Source of the DNA: Eledone cirrhosa
Taxonomy: Eukaryota
NCBI GenBank assembly: GCA_964016885.1
Contig: OZ024740.1
Location: 353,958,001-354,022,000, forward strand
DNA length: 64,000 nt
Direction of reading: 5' to 3'
A model generated the notes under the pieces. That model was not told where the DNA came from, searched no databases, and worked only from the letters and a program-made list of their open reading frames with translations. The position numbers and the translations under genes are program-made. This document shows positions 48,327 through 61,789 of this stretch, piece after piece. The stretch's first letter is position 1. Each line of letters opens with the position of its first letter.

Positions 48327-51269
48327 CAGAGTAATTCGTGGTAGAGGGATGGTCAGTAGGAATATGTCTGTAAGTGAGTGAGGGATATTTTAACATGTTA
48401 AAAGATATTTTTCAGCTCTTGTCTTATACGGAGAAGTGTGTGTGCGTGTGTGTGTGTAGCAGAGTAATTCGTGGTAGAGGGATGGTCAGTAGGAATGTGT
48501 CTGTAAGTGAGTGGGGGATATTTTAACATGTTAAAAGATATTTTTCAGCTCTTGTCTTATACGGAGAAGTGTGTGTGTGTGTGTGTGTGTATAAGTCTCT
48601 TTGTATGTTAATGTACGCGTGTGTATGTGTGTGTGTGAGAGAATGTGTGTGTGTGTGTGGACCAGTATTTTTTTCCTGGTAAAATGGTGTACATTATTCG
48701 ATATTTTCAGTAAAATCGATTCTCTCAATAGAACATCAAAAACCTTAACAATAAAAGGCGTGAAATGATATTCACTATATATATATATACATATATTCAC
48801 TATATATATATATATTTTTTTTTTTGTGTTGCACCATAGAACATGTGTGTTTACGTATGTCATTGTGTTTATATGTGGGTAGAGATGTGTGCTGATGTAG
48901 GTATGTATGTTGACGTGTGTATGTTGTGGGTTCGTCTTAGGGAGAAGTGTTTAGACGGAGTCCGTATTTATTAATAAAGTAAGATTCCTTGTTGATGCGC
49001 TGGGTGTGGGTGGCATTACCTTTAAATTTGTAGAGGGGAAAGATTCTGAAGTTGGGATGATTTTGGGCGGCACAGGTATCAATGTGTTCACTCAGTGGTA
49101 TTTTCCTGTATTCCCGTATTTTAATTTGGGATCTGTGGACAGTCATGCGTTGGCGGAGGCTGTTTTTGGTCTGGCCTATGTATTGTTCTCGACAACCTGA
49201 GCAAGTTAATACATATATTAGATTTTCCGATGCACATGTGAAATTGTGTTTTACTATAAAACGTTGTCCTTCTTTGAAATAGAATTCCGAACCCTCTATT
49301 AGGTTGATGCAAATGCCACAGCTGGGTCTATCGCATTTTTTTACTGTGGGTTTCGTTGTTGTGGTTGGCAGTACTTTGGCATGTGTTAGGAACGTTTTCA
49401 TTGACTTAGATTGTCTTTTGCTCTTTATAATATCGTGTGTTCGTAGGATTTGGTTCATTCTATGGTCCTTTTTCAACACAGGGATGTTCTGGAGGATGGT
49501 GTCAAAGGCCTCATTGTTGAGGGGGTTGTGTGTGGAGATGTATGGAAGAGCTTTTAGTTTCGGTTGATTTACTTTAGGGTGTCTAAGGTCCTGGGTACTG
49601 AATTTTAGGGCACGTTGGATTCCATTGTCAATTAGTGATGCAGGGTAGTCCCTGCCTATGAGTGTGTCTTTTAGTTCTTGTAGCCGTAAGTAGCAGGTGT
49701 TTTTATAGTACAGATTCTCTTGGCTAAGTTGTAGGGAATATTAATTTTAACGTGTCTAGGGTGGCAAGAGTTGAAAGGAAGATATTGCTTGGAGTCTGTG
49801 GGCTTGTAGTATATGTCTGTTTCTATTTTTTTGTTATGGATCTTAATGAGGATGTCGAGGAAGGGGAGTTGTTGATGGCTGTATTCCATTGTGAAGTTAA
49901 TATTCGTGTTGAGCCCATTTATAAGGGTGTGAAATTCTTTAAGTTTTTCGATGGTTTCGTGCCAAAGAATGAAGCAGTCATCTAGATATCGCTTCCAGTT
50001 CCTTTCTATGTGTAAGTGGAGAGTGTTTCCAAATTTGTTTAGGACTTTAGTGTAGAGGGTGATTTCCAGGTATCCCATGACTAGGTTGGCATAAGTGGGG
50101 GCTGTTTTCGTTCCCATAGCGGTCCCAGATTTCTGCCTGTAGGGTTTGTTATTGAAAACGAAGTAATTGTTCTCCAAGATGAATTTGAGTCCCTCTATCA
50201 CGAATTCTTTTTTGATGCGTTGTGGGAGTTCATTGTGGTAATTATCCAGCCAGAATTGGATAGCTTCTATTCCTAGGTTGTGGAGGATGTTGGAGTATAG
50301 GTTGACTACATCGAACGTCACTAGTAGGGTTTGTTCAGAAAGTGGCATATTAGGGAGGTGATTGAGCATATCTAGGTCGTCCCTTATATAGCTTTTGATG
50401 TGTTTGAGAAAGGGCTTGAGAAGGGTATCAATGAAGTTGCTAAGGCGGTGGGTTTCGCAAACGGGGCCTGCTATTATAGGTCTTAATTTGAGATCATTGG
50501 GTGAGGGGACATTGATGACTATGTTTGTGGCTTGCTTGCATGCCTTACTTATTAATTCGCTTTTATGTACTTTAGGGATACCGTAGAAAAGGCTGGATTT
50601 ACTTGTGAAGTCTGTGATGACGCTGAATTCCTTGTTAGTGAGTCCTTCTTTGTATTGGTTGATTAGAGATTTTAGGTTTCTCATAATTTCTGTTGATTGT
50701 AGTGTTCAGCCTTTTCGTAGTATGTTTCGTTTTCCAAAGTGGAGAGCGCTAAGTTGATATAGAATTCTGTCTCCATTAGGACTACTGTACTAGCTTTATC
50801 AGCCTCTTTAATTGTAATGGTTCTGTCGGTTTTTAATCTATTTAATTCTTCCCATTCTTTCTTGTTGAGGTTTGGCTTGTGTTTTTGTCTGTGCAAGTGT
50901 TGGTAAGGAAAGTTTGTGATGTGTTCACAGAATTCGTCCAGGATTTTATTTCTACCTTTTGATGGGGTGTAATTGCTTCTATTTCTGGCTAATGATTCAT
51001 CCTCATTGTACTGGTCGAATAGTTGTTCACTGAGTCGTAACTTTCTACAGAAGTCTGTGATGTCTTCCTTCATTTCATAGTAGTTAGGACGTAGTGGGGG
51101 TCGGTGTGAATTTAAGACCTTTGGAGAGTAAGTTGATAAGGTTGGGTGTTGGTTCTGCACTAGTAAGATTGATAATTTTTATTACTATCGGTTTCTCCTC
51201 CCTGTCTTGTGTTATTTTGTTTGCCTGTATCTGTGTGCTGTGTCTAAAAAATGATTGGGGTAGAGGGGT

Positions 51270-51347
<78 letters not shown>

Positions 51348-51539
51348 TCTTAATAGGCATTTGAACTGTCAACAGGCTGCGGTTCGCACACACATCCCTG
51401 CTAACCATTATCACAACAACGAACACTTTACTACTACTACTACTACTACACACACACACACACACACACACATATTTGTTGTGAAAGAGTCATTTCTCAG
51501 TCTTGGCGCAAAATCAATTTTTTACATTCAGATGACCTC
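47690..51539 (-). mobile_element. Penelope-like element (Neptune-like) with inverted terminal copy
   Basis: RT 49671-51160 (FDVVNLY, GTAMGT, RYLDD, KPTDS), GIY-YIG 48937-49479 (LIYVLTC..YIGQT); 48043-48310 inverted at 51272-51539; 132-bp tandem duplication 48325-48568. Confidence 0.92.
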
Positions 51540-51902
51540 GGGAATATATTTTAACAACAGTGGATTTATAAATTTATAGATTTATAGATCTTCATTTAAA
51601 TTAAGAAAGAAAATTGAGAGGTGGTTTATAGAAATAAAAGTCAACAATGAGAATGAAAACAATAGGATGGCGTGTTAGATATTATTGATTGTTTGAATTT
51701 GCTGAACAAGTATTGGCATGTAGGCAGGCAGTTGTACAAAGAAAGTAGTTAAATTTAATGCAAATTAGTTTCTTCTTTAACATGTCCTCTAGACCAGCGG
51801 CCAACAACCTCGTTTTGTAATGGCCTGTCTTTTTGAAAGTTTTGTTTTACAATATTAACGGCTTAGTTAAGGACGAGAGAACCAAACAAAATATCTGTAG
51901 TG

Positions 51903-52567
51903 AGAAGGCTGTGAGTTCGAATCACGTCGGCGGTCACCATTTGTAGTGGATAAATGTATTATTTTCGGGATGATAAAAAGAATAATGCCAGAATTGTGAT
52001 GTTAACAATGTTTATTTTACAATAACAATATTCACTTGGTACATTGAGTAATAATATTTATGACAGGATTTATCACTACATTATTTGCTGGCTAGCTACT
52101 TCGAGCTACCGTGTGTGCATGTATCAATACGACGATACAATATGACAGGGAGACGGAAGAATAGATGAAGCGTAGATGTAAACAATATGTAACTTACTAT
52201 GTGTGTATGTGTGTGTGTCTATTCTTAGTATACGTTATTCGTCTCAAGGACTGCTGCTTCGTGGTCTCTTGTCTGTTGGCATAGTCCGTGGCCGAGGTGA
52301 GAGCCAGTGAGGCCAGGAGAGTAGGTAGAGTAAAAGTGAATTGGCTACATCGTTATTCTCTCTAGGACTATTGCTTCGATCTGGCTGCTGGGTTCCCCAA
52401 GTCCTCATATTTATAATAATGCTATAACTAGAAGGATGTGTATATGGGGTTGAGTTTTGATCAGCCATGTGGATAGCGTCTCTCAGGAAGCTGGGGTCAT
52501 GAGACAAGTGGTATGTACGTTTATCATCCTGGTCTTTTCACAAGACAATGGTAGGAACCTCCCAACA
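51903..52567 (-). mobile_element. Probable orphan LTR (51942-52567) with extended tRNA-Trp-like PBS (51903-51939)
   Basis: Minus strand TGTTGG...CCACTACA aa TGGTGACCGCCGACGTGATTCGAACTCACAGCCTTCT. Confidence 0.6.
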
Positions 52568-52729
52568 ATAGGTATTTCTAGAAGCGAGAAACCTCAGATT
52601 CGGTTTCGAATCTTCGCCGGTAAAACATAGGAGTATTCCGTTACATATCAGTCATAAGTGTGTGTTGAACCTCTGTTGATTCCAAAGACCGTGTGTTCTA
52701 GTTCTTCAAACAAAGAATCACAGGTACAA

Positions 52730-52855
52730 CTATTTACCAGGTGAGTGAACTGGAGTAACGTGAAATAAAGTGTCTTGCTCAAGGGAAAATGTACCACCTG
52801 GAATCGAACTCACGATATTACAATCTCATTCCTTAATCAATAAGCCACGTACCTA
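52730..52855 (-). mobile_element. tRNA-derived SINE (third family) 5' part
   Basis: ggaatcgaactc B-box revcomp; aagtgtcttgctcaagg CORE-like block. Confidence 0.6.
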
Positions 52856-52916
52856 TATAGTCAGAACTGCCACAAATTGTTTAACGAACACAACGTCATT
52901 ATCACTTACAGCTGTG

Positions 52917-53330
52917 AAGGTGGTTTGGCAGAATCAATAGAGGGTTTACGGCATATATTTCTACTCTTTACATCGAGTTCAAATCCCGCCGTCGTCATCT
53001 TTACCTTTTATCATTCCGAGGTCAATAAATTAACGTACTGGGGTCGATATAATTGACTTTCTTCTATCCCCAAATGTCTGGCTTTGCGTCAATATTACAA
53101 ATCGTTCAGGGCTGCGGAGTGGCAGAATTGTTAGTGTCGGACAAAATGTTTTGTGGCATTTAGTTAAGGCCCTTTACGTTCTGTGTTGAAATCTTGCCGG
53201 GGTCAACTTGGTTTTTCACCCCTCGGGATCGATAATATAAAGCACTAGTCAAATACTGGGATCGGATTAATCGACCCTCCCTTCCGTTAAAATTGTTAGC
53301 ATTGTACTTACATTAGAAACTATTATTATT
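52917..53330 (+). mobile_element. Two tandem degenerate SINE family A copies
   Basis: 52917-53103 and 53110-53330, each with tggcagaat head, B-box and core. Confidence 0.7.
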
Positions 53331-53614
53331 TACAGCTGTGATTGTAAACCTGAGAGCCGGCCTCAACATCTTTAAAAAAGTCAAATGTAACATCTGAGTA
53401 ATAAAAAATGCTCGACGAAAGCAATTATTTACGAAGTGACGGTAAAATCTCTTGTGGATAGCAATGAAACAATATCTAAAAACTATCTAATATTGGTATA
53501 AGCAAAGGCAGCTTTAAAGGCTGAACTACGAAGACAGGAATGCTAGAGCTTTATTCTGATATTTTATCGAGATGCAGCACGTGCTTTTTTAAAAAACCAG
53601 AATTAGTTAATTAG

Positions 53615-53698
53615 ATAATATTTCTAATTTAGACACAAATTCAGCAGTTTACAAGGAGGAAAAAGTCGATTATGCAGAGTTCAGTATTTTACTGGTAC
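53615..53698 (-). mobile_element. SINE family A 3' fragment
   Basis: tttctaatttag.cacaa..aagtcgatta..ttactggtac. Confidence 0.55.
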
Positions 53699-54850
53699 CG
53701 TAAACTTTCAAAGATTTTAGTCAATTTTGCACCTTATATGCCGCATAGCTAAATATGTTGACAGATGTTGCTAATATAGAAATAATTCAAAGAAGCCCTA
53801 TTATATGCAACTTTTGTCAAAAGTTTGTAAACATATCTTAATTCGTTATATAGTTATATAGTTATTGACATTATATTTAGTCTTCAAAGTAGCCCCACGT
53901 CGGGCTACTTTGAATACTAAACATAACTATACATTACAAAGTAAAAGTTATATGTATAAGACATTTTATTGATATTTTGATTGAAGTAAGTATAAATTTT
54001 ACAGAAATTATGACAAAAAAGAATATTTAATCATACATGCGACTAATGGGGTGATATAATTGATTACACTTCAAAACAATTTTCAAGAAGTGTGAAATAC
54101 AGGGGTGGTGGAAGCATTTCTGAATTGATGGGGCCAAACTTGGACAATTTAGTTGTAGCGATTAGTTTAGCTCTTTGCACCCTAAAGTGGTCAGAAAACA
54201 AGATATGTGATAAACATTACAAGTACATAAATTGAAGCGCATATCCAGACAGATGTGTGTTTTGGTAGTGCTTCGATTAATACCCCCCCCCCCTTTCTGC
54301 CTCTCTGTATATATATATATACACACCCACACATATATATATATTGGGTGTGTCTGCATTATACTTTCACTATTGAGACCTGTTGTAAAAAAACAAACAA
54401 ATTCACAATCGTATCTGTCAAAAATTAGTTTCACTTTTGAGACCGCCCGTCTTGACGTATGCCGGCTATTGGTGAGCTTTGTTACTCTCATGTTTCACCT
54501 GCGCACTCACAGGATCACCAGTCTTGTTTGGTGAGTACGCAGGTGAGACTCCAGAGTACAAGGCTTAGCCATAATAAATGAATATTTAAAGTCAACTTCG
54601 GAATTGAGTTTTCATTCTTACGTCCGTCAATAATTCACGTACTCTCAGGTCTTGAATAATCGTCCCACCGCCCGCTTATTAATTTGTCAGATTGTTTTCC
54701 ACACACACCCCGGTTTTTATTCCACCACCCGTTTCTCTACAATACTAAGCGGTAAAATAGTAACTTTTGTTCTCGTAAAGACACGTAAGTAAACAAACTG
54801 AAGCTATTACAACGAGACATATATTCTAAGGGCTCGACATTATATGAATA

Positions 54851-54966
54851 TTCTGAGTTCAAATCCCGCCGAGGTTAACTTTGCCTTTCATCATTACGGG
54901 GTCGATAAAATAAAGTACCAGTAATACACTGGGTAATTGCTGGCCTTGTGCCTAACGTAGAAACAA
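54851..54966 (+). mobile_element. SINE family A
   Basis: ttctgagttcaaatcccgccgagg...gtagaaacaa. Confidence 0.85.
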
Positions 54967-55059
54967 GTATATGTATGTATCTATCTAAAAAGAGAAAGAC
55001 GAAGAATTATAGAGCTAGATCGTTAAATCGCCTAATGCTGTCCCTAGGGCATAGAAAAT

Positions 55060-55203
55060 ATGAAATTTGTTTTTGCCCAGAACACTCCCTGAAACAAGTA
55101 TTACATGTGTAAAGTTTGAAAACAGTCGGTTGGGTGGTTCTCGAGTTTTAGGGATTCGAACTCACACACACACACAGACAGACATCCTCAGTTTTATATA
55201 GAT
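55060..55203 (-). mobile_element. Helitron-like non-autonomous element 5' end
   Basis: Minus A|TCTATATAAAACTGAGGATGTCTGTCTGTGTG resembles the start of 25624-26017. Confidence 0.5.
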
Positions 55204-56472
55204 AGATAGATTTCTATTTATTGCCACTAGGGCGCAAAAGAAGGGGCCAAATACAAGGGGGGAGTTTACACAAAAAGGCGAGTAAAGAAAACAAATAACA
55301 AATATAAAATTAACAATAAAGTCCTCAATAGGGAGGGGGCGTTTGGGGGGTCGCACACACCCCCGAAAAAAGTGTACAACCCCTTCTCCTCAGGAGCACA
55401 GAGAGAGGGTGCTCCCTCGTTCCTTCCTCTTTTCCACCTTCAGGCTGATGTAGAGAGAAGGCCCATTCACACGGGCATTTCTCGCCACTTTCACCCACCT
55501 TTCATAAAAACGACTGGGGTTGAGCATCTCTCTCTCCATCCTGATCCTTCTTCCGAAATGATATCGGAAGAAACGGATCAATTGTTTGCCAGAGAGAAAG
55601 GTGCCTGACCTGAGTCCTTTCAGACGCGTCCACCATACAACCTCTTTCACCATGGCTATTACGCACAGAAACACCGCCTCTCCTTCATTTTTGAAGGGGG
55701 GAGGTGGCTTAATCGTTACAATGGCCTCGGTTATCAACCGGGTCGGTCCCACCCGTGATAGCAGTCGTTCGACATAGCCCCACAAATCGGCTACGCCCGA
55801 GCAGTGTACCAATGCGTGTGCATCAGTTTCCTCGTCGCACACGCATCTGGGACATTCTTTTTGGCGGGGTCCCTACCCGGGCGCCCGTGTCTGTAGAACT
55901 TTTCTCGAACGGGTAGAGCCCCTCGGTAGCACTGCCAGGTCAGGGACTTCTGGAAGTTGTCCATAGGTCCTGGGCTGAATGTCCTACCGAACAGGCTGGC
56001 CAGTTCGTCTTCCTCCATGTCTAGGGCTTCTCCGAGAGCGTCGTCGCACTTGCTGCGTACCAGCCCTCTATAGAATGTCGCGGTGGAGTCTCCACTGATA
56101 ACCGGGTCCGCCTGCCAGAGGGCCGTGAGCGCCTGGGCACACTCAGTGTGCCAGGCGCCCAGTTTTCTCGGTCTTTGCTTGACCCAGGATTGCAGCTCGG
56201 TGAGTGAGACGAGTCTGGGAAAGGTTCGTCTCACACACGGGGCCCACACCGGTTGACCGGTGAGGAATACGTGGAGGTGCCGTAGCCTTAATGTGTGTTT
56301 ACGCATCATTAGCCACGGCATCCCCAGCCCTCCTTTGGAAGGGTGTTGACAGCAGATGGATCTCCTCACCAAAGGAGTCCGCTTCTTCCAAAGGAATTGG
56401 AAGTGCGCGCTCCATCTTGGCGAGGGTTTTCCTTGGGCAAGGCACGACGGTCAGGCGGTAGTAGATGACGGA
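55200..56472 (-). mobile_element. Tx1/L1-group 3' end
   Basis: PSKGGLGMP, WQCYRGALPV, CPRC..EETDAHALVHC zinc finger, AATAAA + (TCTA)n tail. Confidence 0.88.
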
Positions 56473-59400
56473 CGATTGATTACTCCTTCATTGCCTTTAT
56501 TGGTAGGTGACGCGCGTTTCGCCACTGATCAGCTCAAGGTTCGATCTGTATCGATCCTACCCGACTCAATAATCGGCGACTCGACGGACCCTTTAAATTC
56601 TATAAGAAAATGAATACATGCTATGTGGTAAAGACAGAATTTCAAGAGTTTGACAATATGAGTTGTTTTGATTGGTGGGAAGGATCAAAGGGATGTACTG
56701 GCCTGTAGTGTATGTGGGGGTGGATGTGATGGTGAGATGTTGGTGACGGGTTGGTGGATGAGATGGGCTGTGGTGTGGTGGTGGCGGGTTGGCTTTGGCC
56801 TGTAGTGTATGTGGGGGTGGATGTGATGATAAGATGGTGGTGATGGTCGCTTACTGGGATGGGCTGTGGTGTGAGGTTAGTGGGTTGTCGGTAGACGGGT
56901 TGGCGTGCGTGGGGTGTGGTTGTAGTGTTGTTGTTTATGGTAGTGGCGTGTGTGGTGGTGTGGTGGATGTGTTGGTGGTGTCGAGTCCTTGGGAAGATAC
57001 ATACCTAGATACTCTTAGTCTGACAAATACATTGTATATATATACATATATGTGTATACATGCGCCCACACATATCCACACACACATATATATCCATATG
57101 CATATATACACACATGTATGTGCATGCGCGCGTGTGGATATATATAGAGAGAGTGGGGGAGTATCGGTGGGCGTGGCGTAGGACAAAGATGGAGGGAAGG
57201 TGAAAGTCAATGGAGATGGTGTTATACATATAGACATACACATACATACACACATACGGATATGCGCACATACACGTTCACACACGTATACATAAACATA
57301 CACCTACACACACACGTATACACACACATACACATACACACCGCTTATACAGTGACGATGCCCTACTATTGACCCGTGGACTCAATGGTAGCCAATTAGA
57401 TAGACTACACAAAAGACTTAGGTACATCTTTAAGACCCAAGGATTAGCGGTAAAAATTGAACCTAACAGTAGGACAGTAAACTTTTTAGATGTCGCCCTA
57501 GAATTAGACTCAGGCCTCTACCGTCCATACCACAAACCTAATGAAAATCTTAAATACGTCAACAGCACTCCAACCACCCAAGGAGCATAATTAACTCAAT
57601 AGTTAAAAGCGTCTCCAATAGAGTGTCCACCCTGTCGGCTAATAGACATATCTTCAACCAGCACGCGGAATACTACAACTCTGCACTTGAAAACGCTGGT
57701 TACATTGAGAATATTTCTTACATCGACCCAAATAGAACCGTAACGCCGCTAAACATAACCGGACCCTTAGAAACGAACATAGAAGAAATCTCCACGCCTA
57801 GGACAAATAATAACCTAAAACCTCCGTAGCCGGCAGGGCAGCCAGCGTCGCACACAACTGTCAAGGAGATAAAGCCATACTCTCCAACCCCAATAAGGAC
57901 TCCGACTATCGCACACGTTTGCGTAGCAATAGAGACAAAAGACATAACGCCAATAGATTACTTGGAACCCCTATGACACATACGCCTGACCAAAACACAC
58001 ACAAACTACCTCCCAACCACAAAAACCTCACTAAACACCGCAGAAACCGAAGTAGACCTGTCACATGGTATTCTATACACATCGCCACCAATATACCGGG
58101 AACCTTCTTCAGGGCTCTCGAACAATCTTTTCCACGCACACATAAATACCACAAGCTCTTCAATAGACACACTGTAAAATTCTCTTTCTGCACAGCACCA
58201 AATCTAGGCCACATAATAGCACACACTAATAGGACAAAAATACGAAAACACATGGTTGCCCCACAACAAACCACCACCACAACCCAGAACGAAACCACAC
58301 ACACAACACAACACAACAACCCACACACCAGACCCACACCACATGACACCAACCGCCAACGTGCCACCACACCGGTTACACCCAACTGCAACTGTTAAAA
58401 AAAGGGGCTGAATGCCCACTAAACGGGGAGTGCCTCGTTAAAAACATTGTTTACCGGTGTGATGTCACAGCCGATAATAAGGAGTACTCATATATAGGTG
58501 CGACATCCACTACGTTTAAGGAGCGCTGGTATAACCACAGATGCTCCTTTAAACATAGGCTGAAACGATCCCAAACCAGACTGGCCGATTTGATCTGGGA
58601 CCTCAAGGACAGAAATATCGAACCCCAGACCTCGTGGTCAGTGAAAAGACGCGTGGCACAACTCCCCAGTGACAGAAACCACTGCAGGTTATGCCTGGCT
58701 GAGGCGGCGGAAATAATTAAATTAAAATCTGCCATAAACTATAGTTCGGACATAATTGTCAATTGCAGACACACCAGGCTGAACACTTTTTCCGCACAAA
58801 CATTCGGGGGAGGGCCGCGCACTAACTATGACCCAGCATAATAATAATCACCTCTGCCCCGTCTCACCATCGCCCATCTCAGTGAATTTATTTTATTGTA
58901 TTGCATGTAACCATTTGTAAGCCCGTATTTTGTATATCATGTCGCTTACATCACCCCCACCAAAAATCACATTACCATGCACCCCTCATCCTTGCAACAT
59001 TGTGTTCTATCTGCCCTCTCTGTCAGGTTTTACCTTGCAAACCATAGTAACATCTGATCCTGTAAATATAATGTCGATCATATCACACCATCGCCACCAC
59101 CACCACAGCACACATCGTCATATTATTCCCCCATGATCCCTCTGTCTACCCTAACCTACAACCCCACGCTAAATCCGACCCTGTAAATGTACTGTCGCCC
59201 ACACCACCACCGCCACCACTAGATACATCCACATACTTCAACAATCATTAACATCATTAACATCATCAACACATATCATCCCTCACTCCCAAATCGACTG
59301 TGTTATAGCCGCCCCCTGTCTGCCTTACTCTGTAACCCACCGTAATTTCTGATCATGTAATCATTTTGTCGAACATATTGTGGTTGGAAATACCCACACA

Positions 59401-61335
59401 TATCACCCAGCAGCACCACCATGACCACAACACACATCGCTTATACGTCCATAAACTCGTTTCCCCCGCGTTCCCTATGTCACCTTTTCACCAGTAACCC
59501 ATCGTATTATTCGATCCTGTATATTTTTGTCGCTCACAACTCCACCACTACCACCACAAGACACAACTCCATACTTCATCAACACCGCCAACGCATACCT
59601 CCCCTCTCAAACCAACGCAAGTGTATGTGTCTGTGTGTAAGTATTTTTTTTTATATACACGTACGTGCGTGTATGCATATATATATATATTTTTTTTCCA
59701 AATTGAGGGATGAGCATTTTAAACTTTATTTTATCATGAGTTAAGGCTCTATTGATTTTTCCCTTGATTTCACTAAATTCTGTTGGATGAATCTATATCC
59801 TGATTCTTTTGAATTGAGTTTGAATTATTTTCCCCACATCTTACGTTAACTATTTTCCCATTTTGACGCTATAGTCACTTATATATTATGGAATACTGTG
59901 TGCTTCTTGCTCATAATAATTTCTATACTTTTCATTTATACTTTTCATTTATATATATGTATAACACCATCTCCATTGACTTTCACCTTCCCTCCATCTT
60001 TGTCCTACGCCACCCACACCGATACTCCCCCACTCTCTCTATATATATATCCACACGCGCGCATGCACATACATGTGTGTATATATGCATATGGTTTATA
60101 TATGTGTGTGTGGATATGTGTGGGCGCGGGTGAGTGTGTGTTTGTAGGTGTGTACGTGTGTGTATATGTCAGTATATATGCGCGTGTATACACATATATA
60201 TATATGTATATATATATACAAGGTATTTGTCAGACTAAGAGTGTGTAGTGACCTACATTCCGCGGGCTCACATACATTCTCTGTGCGTGATTTGGCTCAG
60301 TTCAGCCAATCAGCGCCAGTAGAAGAGGATGTATCCCTACACGCCCTGAGGAAAAAATTCCCCGCGAAGATTTGAAGAATCTGTCTCTTGTACCAGGAAC
60401 TTCGAACCAGCAACACGCATAATGTAACGGTGAGATTTTGCACCCTAGCCTCACCGGCTTTCCGGCGCAATGGCACATTCCCTTTTGTAACCTCTTTTTA
60501 TATGTAACTTCAACCATATAAGTTAACAAACATTGTTTGTGCTACATCAAAAATAAACACACATTTCATCTCTAATTTCTGCTGTTGAAATCATTATTAT
60601 GTTACTCGTGTCTCAATAACATCTATAATCCATGCTGCTGGAATTGGCGACCTGACGAAAGGAATATTGTAAATACAAAGATGGTAAATAGATCGAGGGA
60701 CCTTCCCTCACGTCTATGTCGACAAGACAATCCAACGAGAATACTATCATTCTACTACACTGTCAACTCACGAACCCATACTGCCACACTGCTAAAAGTG
60801 TCTAGGTATGTATCTTCCCAAGGATTCGACACCACCAACACACCCACCACACCACCAACACATCCACCACACCACCACACACGCCACTACCATAAACAAC
60901 AACACCACAACCACACCCCACACACGCCAACCCGTCTACCGACAACCCACTAACCTCACCCCACAGCCCATCCCAGTAAGCGACCCTCACCACCATCTTA
61001 TCATCACATCCACCCCCACATACACTACAGGCCAAAGCCAACCCGCCACCACCACACCACAGCCCATCTCATCCACCGACCCGTCACCAACATCTCACCA
61101 TCACATCCACCCCCACATACACTAAAGGCCAGTACATCCCTTTGATCCTTCCCACCAATCAAAACAACTCATATTGTCAAACTCTGTATTTCATTTTCTT
61201 ACAGCATTTTAAAGGGTCCGTCGAGCCGCCGATTATTGAGCCGGGTAGGATCGATACAGATCGAACCTTGAGCTGATCAGTGGCAAAACGCGCGTCACCT
61301 ACCAATAAATGCAATGAAGGAGTAATCAATCGTCC
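56470..61335 (+). mobile_element. 5'-truncated Penelope-like element with inverted pseudo-LTR
   Basis: RT from 57342 (LYSDD, VNFLDV, YHKPN, SNHP), CNC..CPLNGEC..IVY..YIG GIY-YIG to 58841; 56470-57232 is an inverted copy of 59955-60243 + 60797-61335. Confidence 0.88.
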
Positions 61336-61486
61336 TTGTTATCCTTTCAATATATTACACTCTGTATAGCTCTACACCTCATCACAGAAGTGAACCTAAA
61401 CATCGAGTGCTCTCCCGGGTGAACCTCCAGTAACTCCAAGTTACACCCCCTGGATATATATATATACTTCATGCAGAGGCATCACT

Positions 61487-61642
<156 letters not shown>

Positions 61643-61707
61643 CGTAAAATAAGAAAATATTTTTAAAAAAAAATTTTTTTTTAAATTTTTTACTTACTTA
61701 AATTTTC

Positions 61708-61789
61708 ACTCCAACTAATTAGTTTCTGCAATGGGATAAAGACAGTTACGTAATCCAACTGTCGAGAATTCATTGCGTCATCAGGGAGT
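61708..61789 (-). ncRNA. Type I hammerhead ribozyme (inverted copy)
   Basis: Reverse complement of 62390-62471. Confidence 0.85.

Noticed and set aside
51903-51939. tRNA-Trp gene
   Set aside because: Only the 3' half with encoded CCA; no D-arm or anticodon arm
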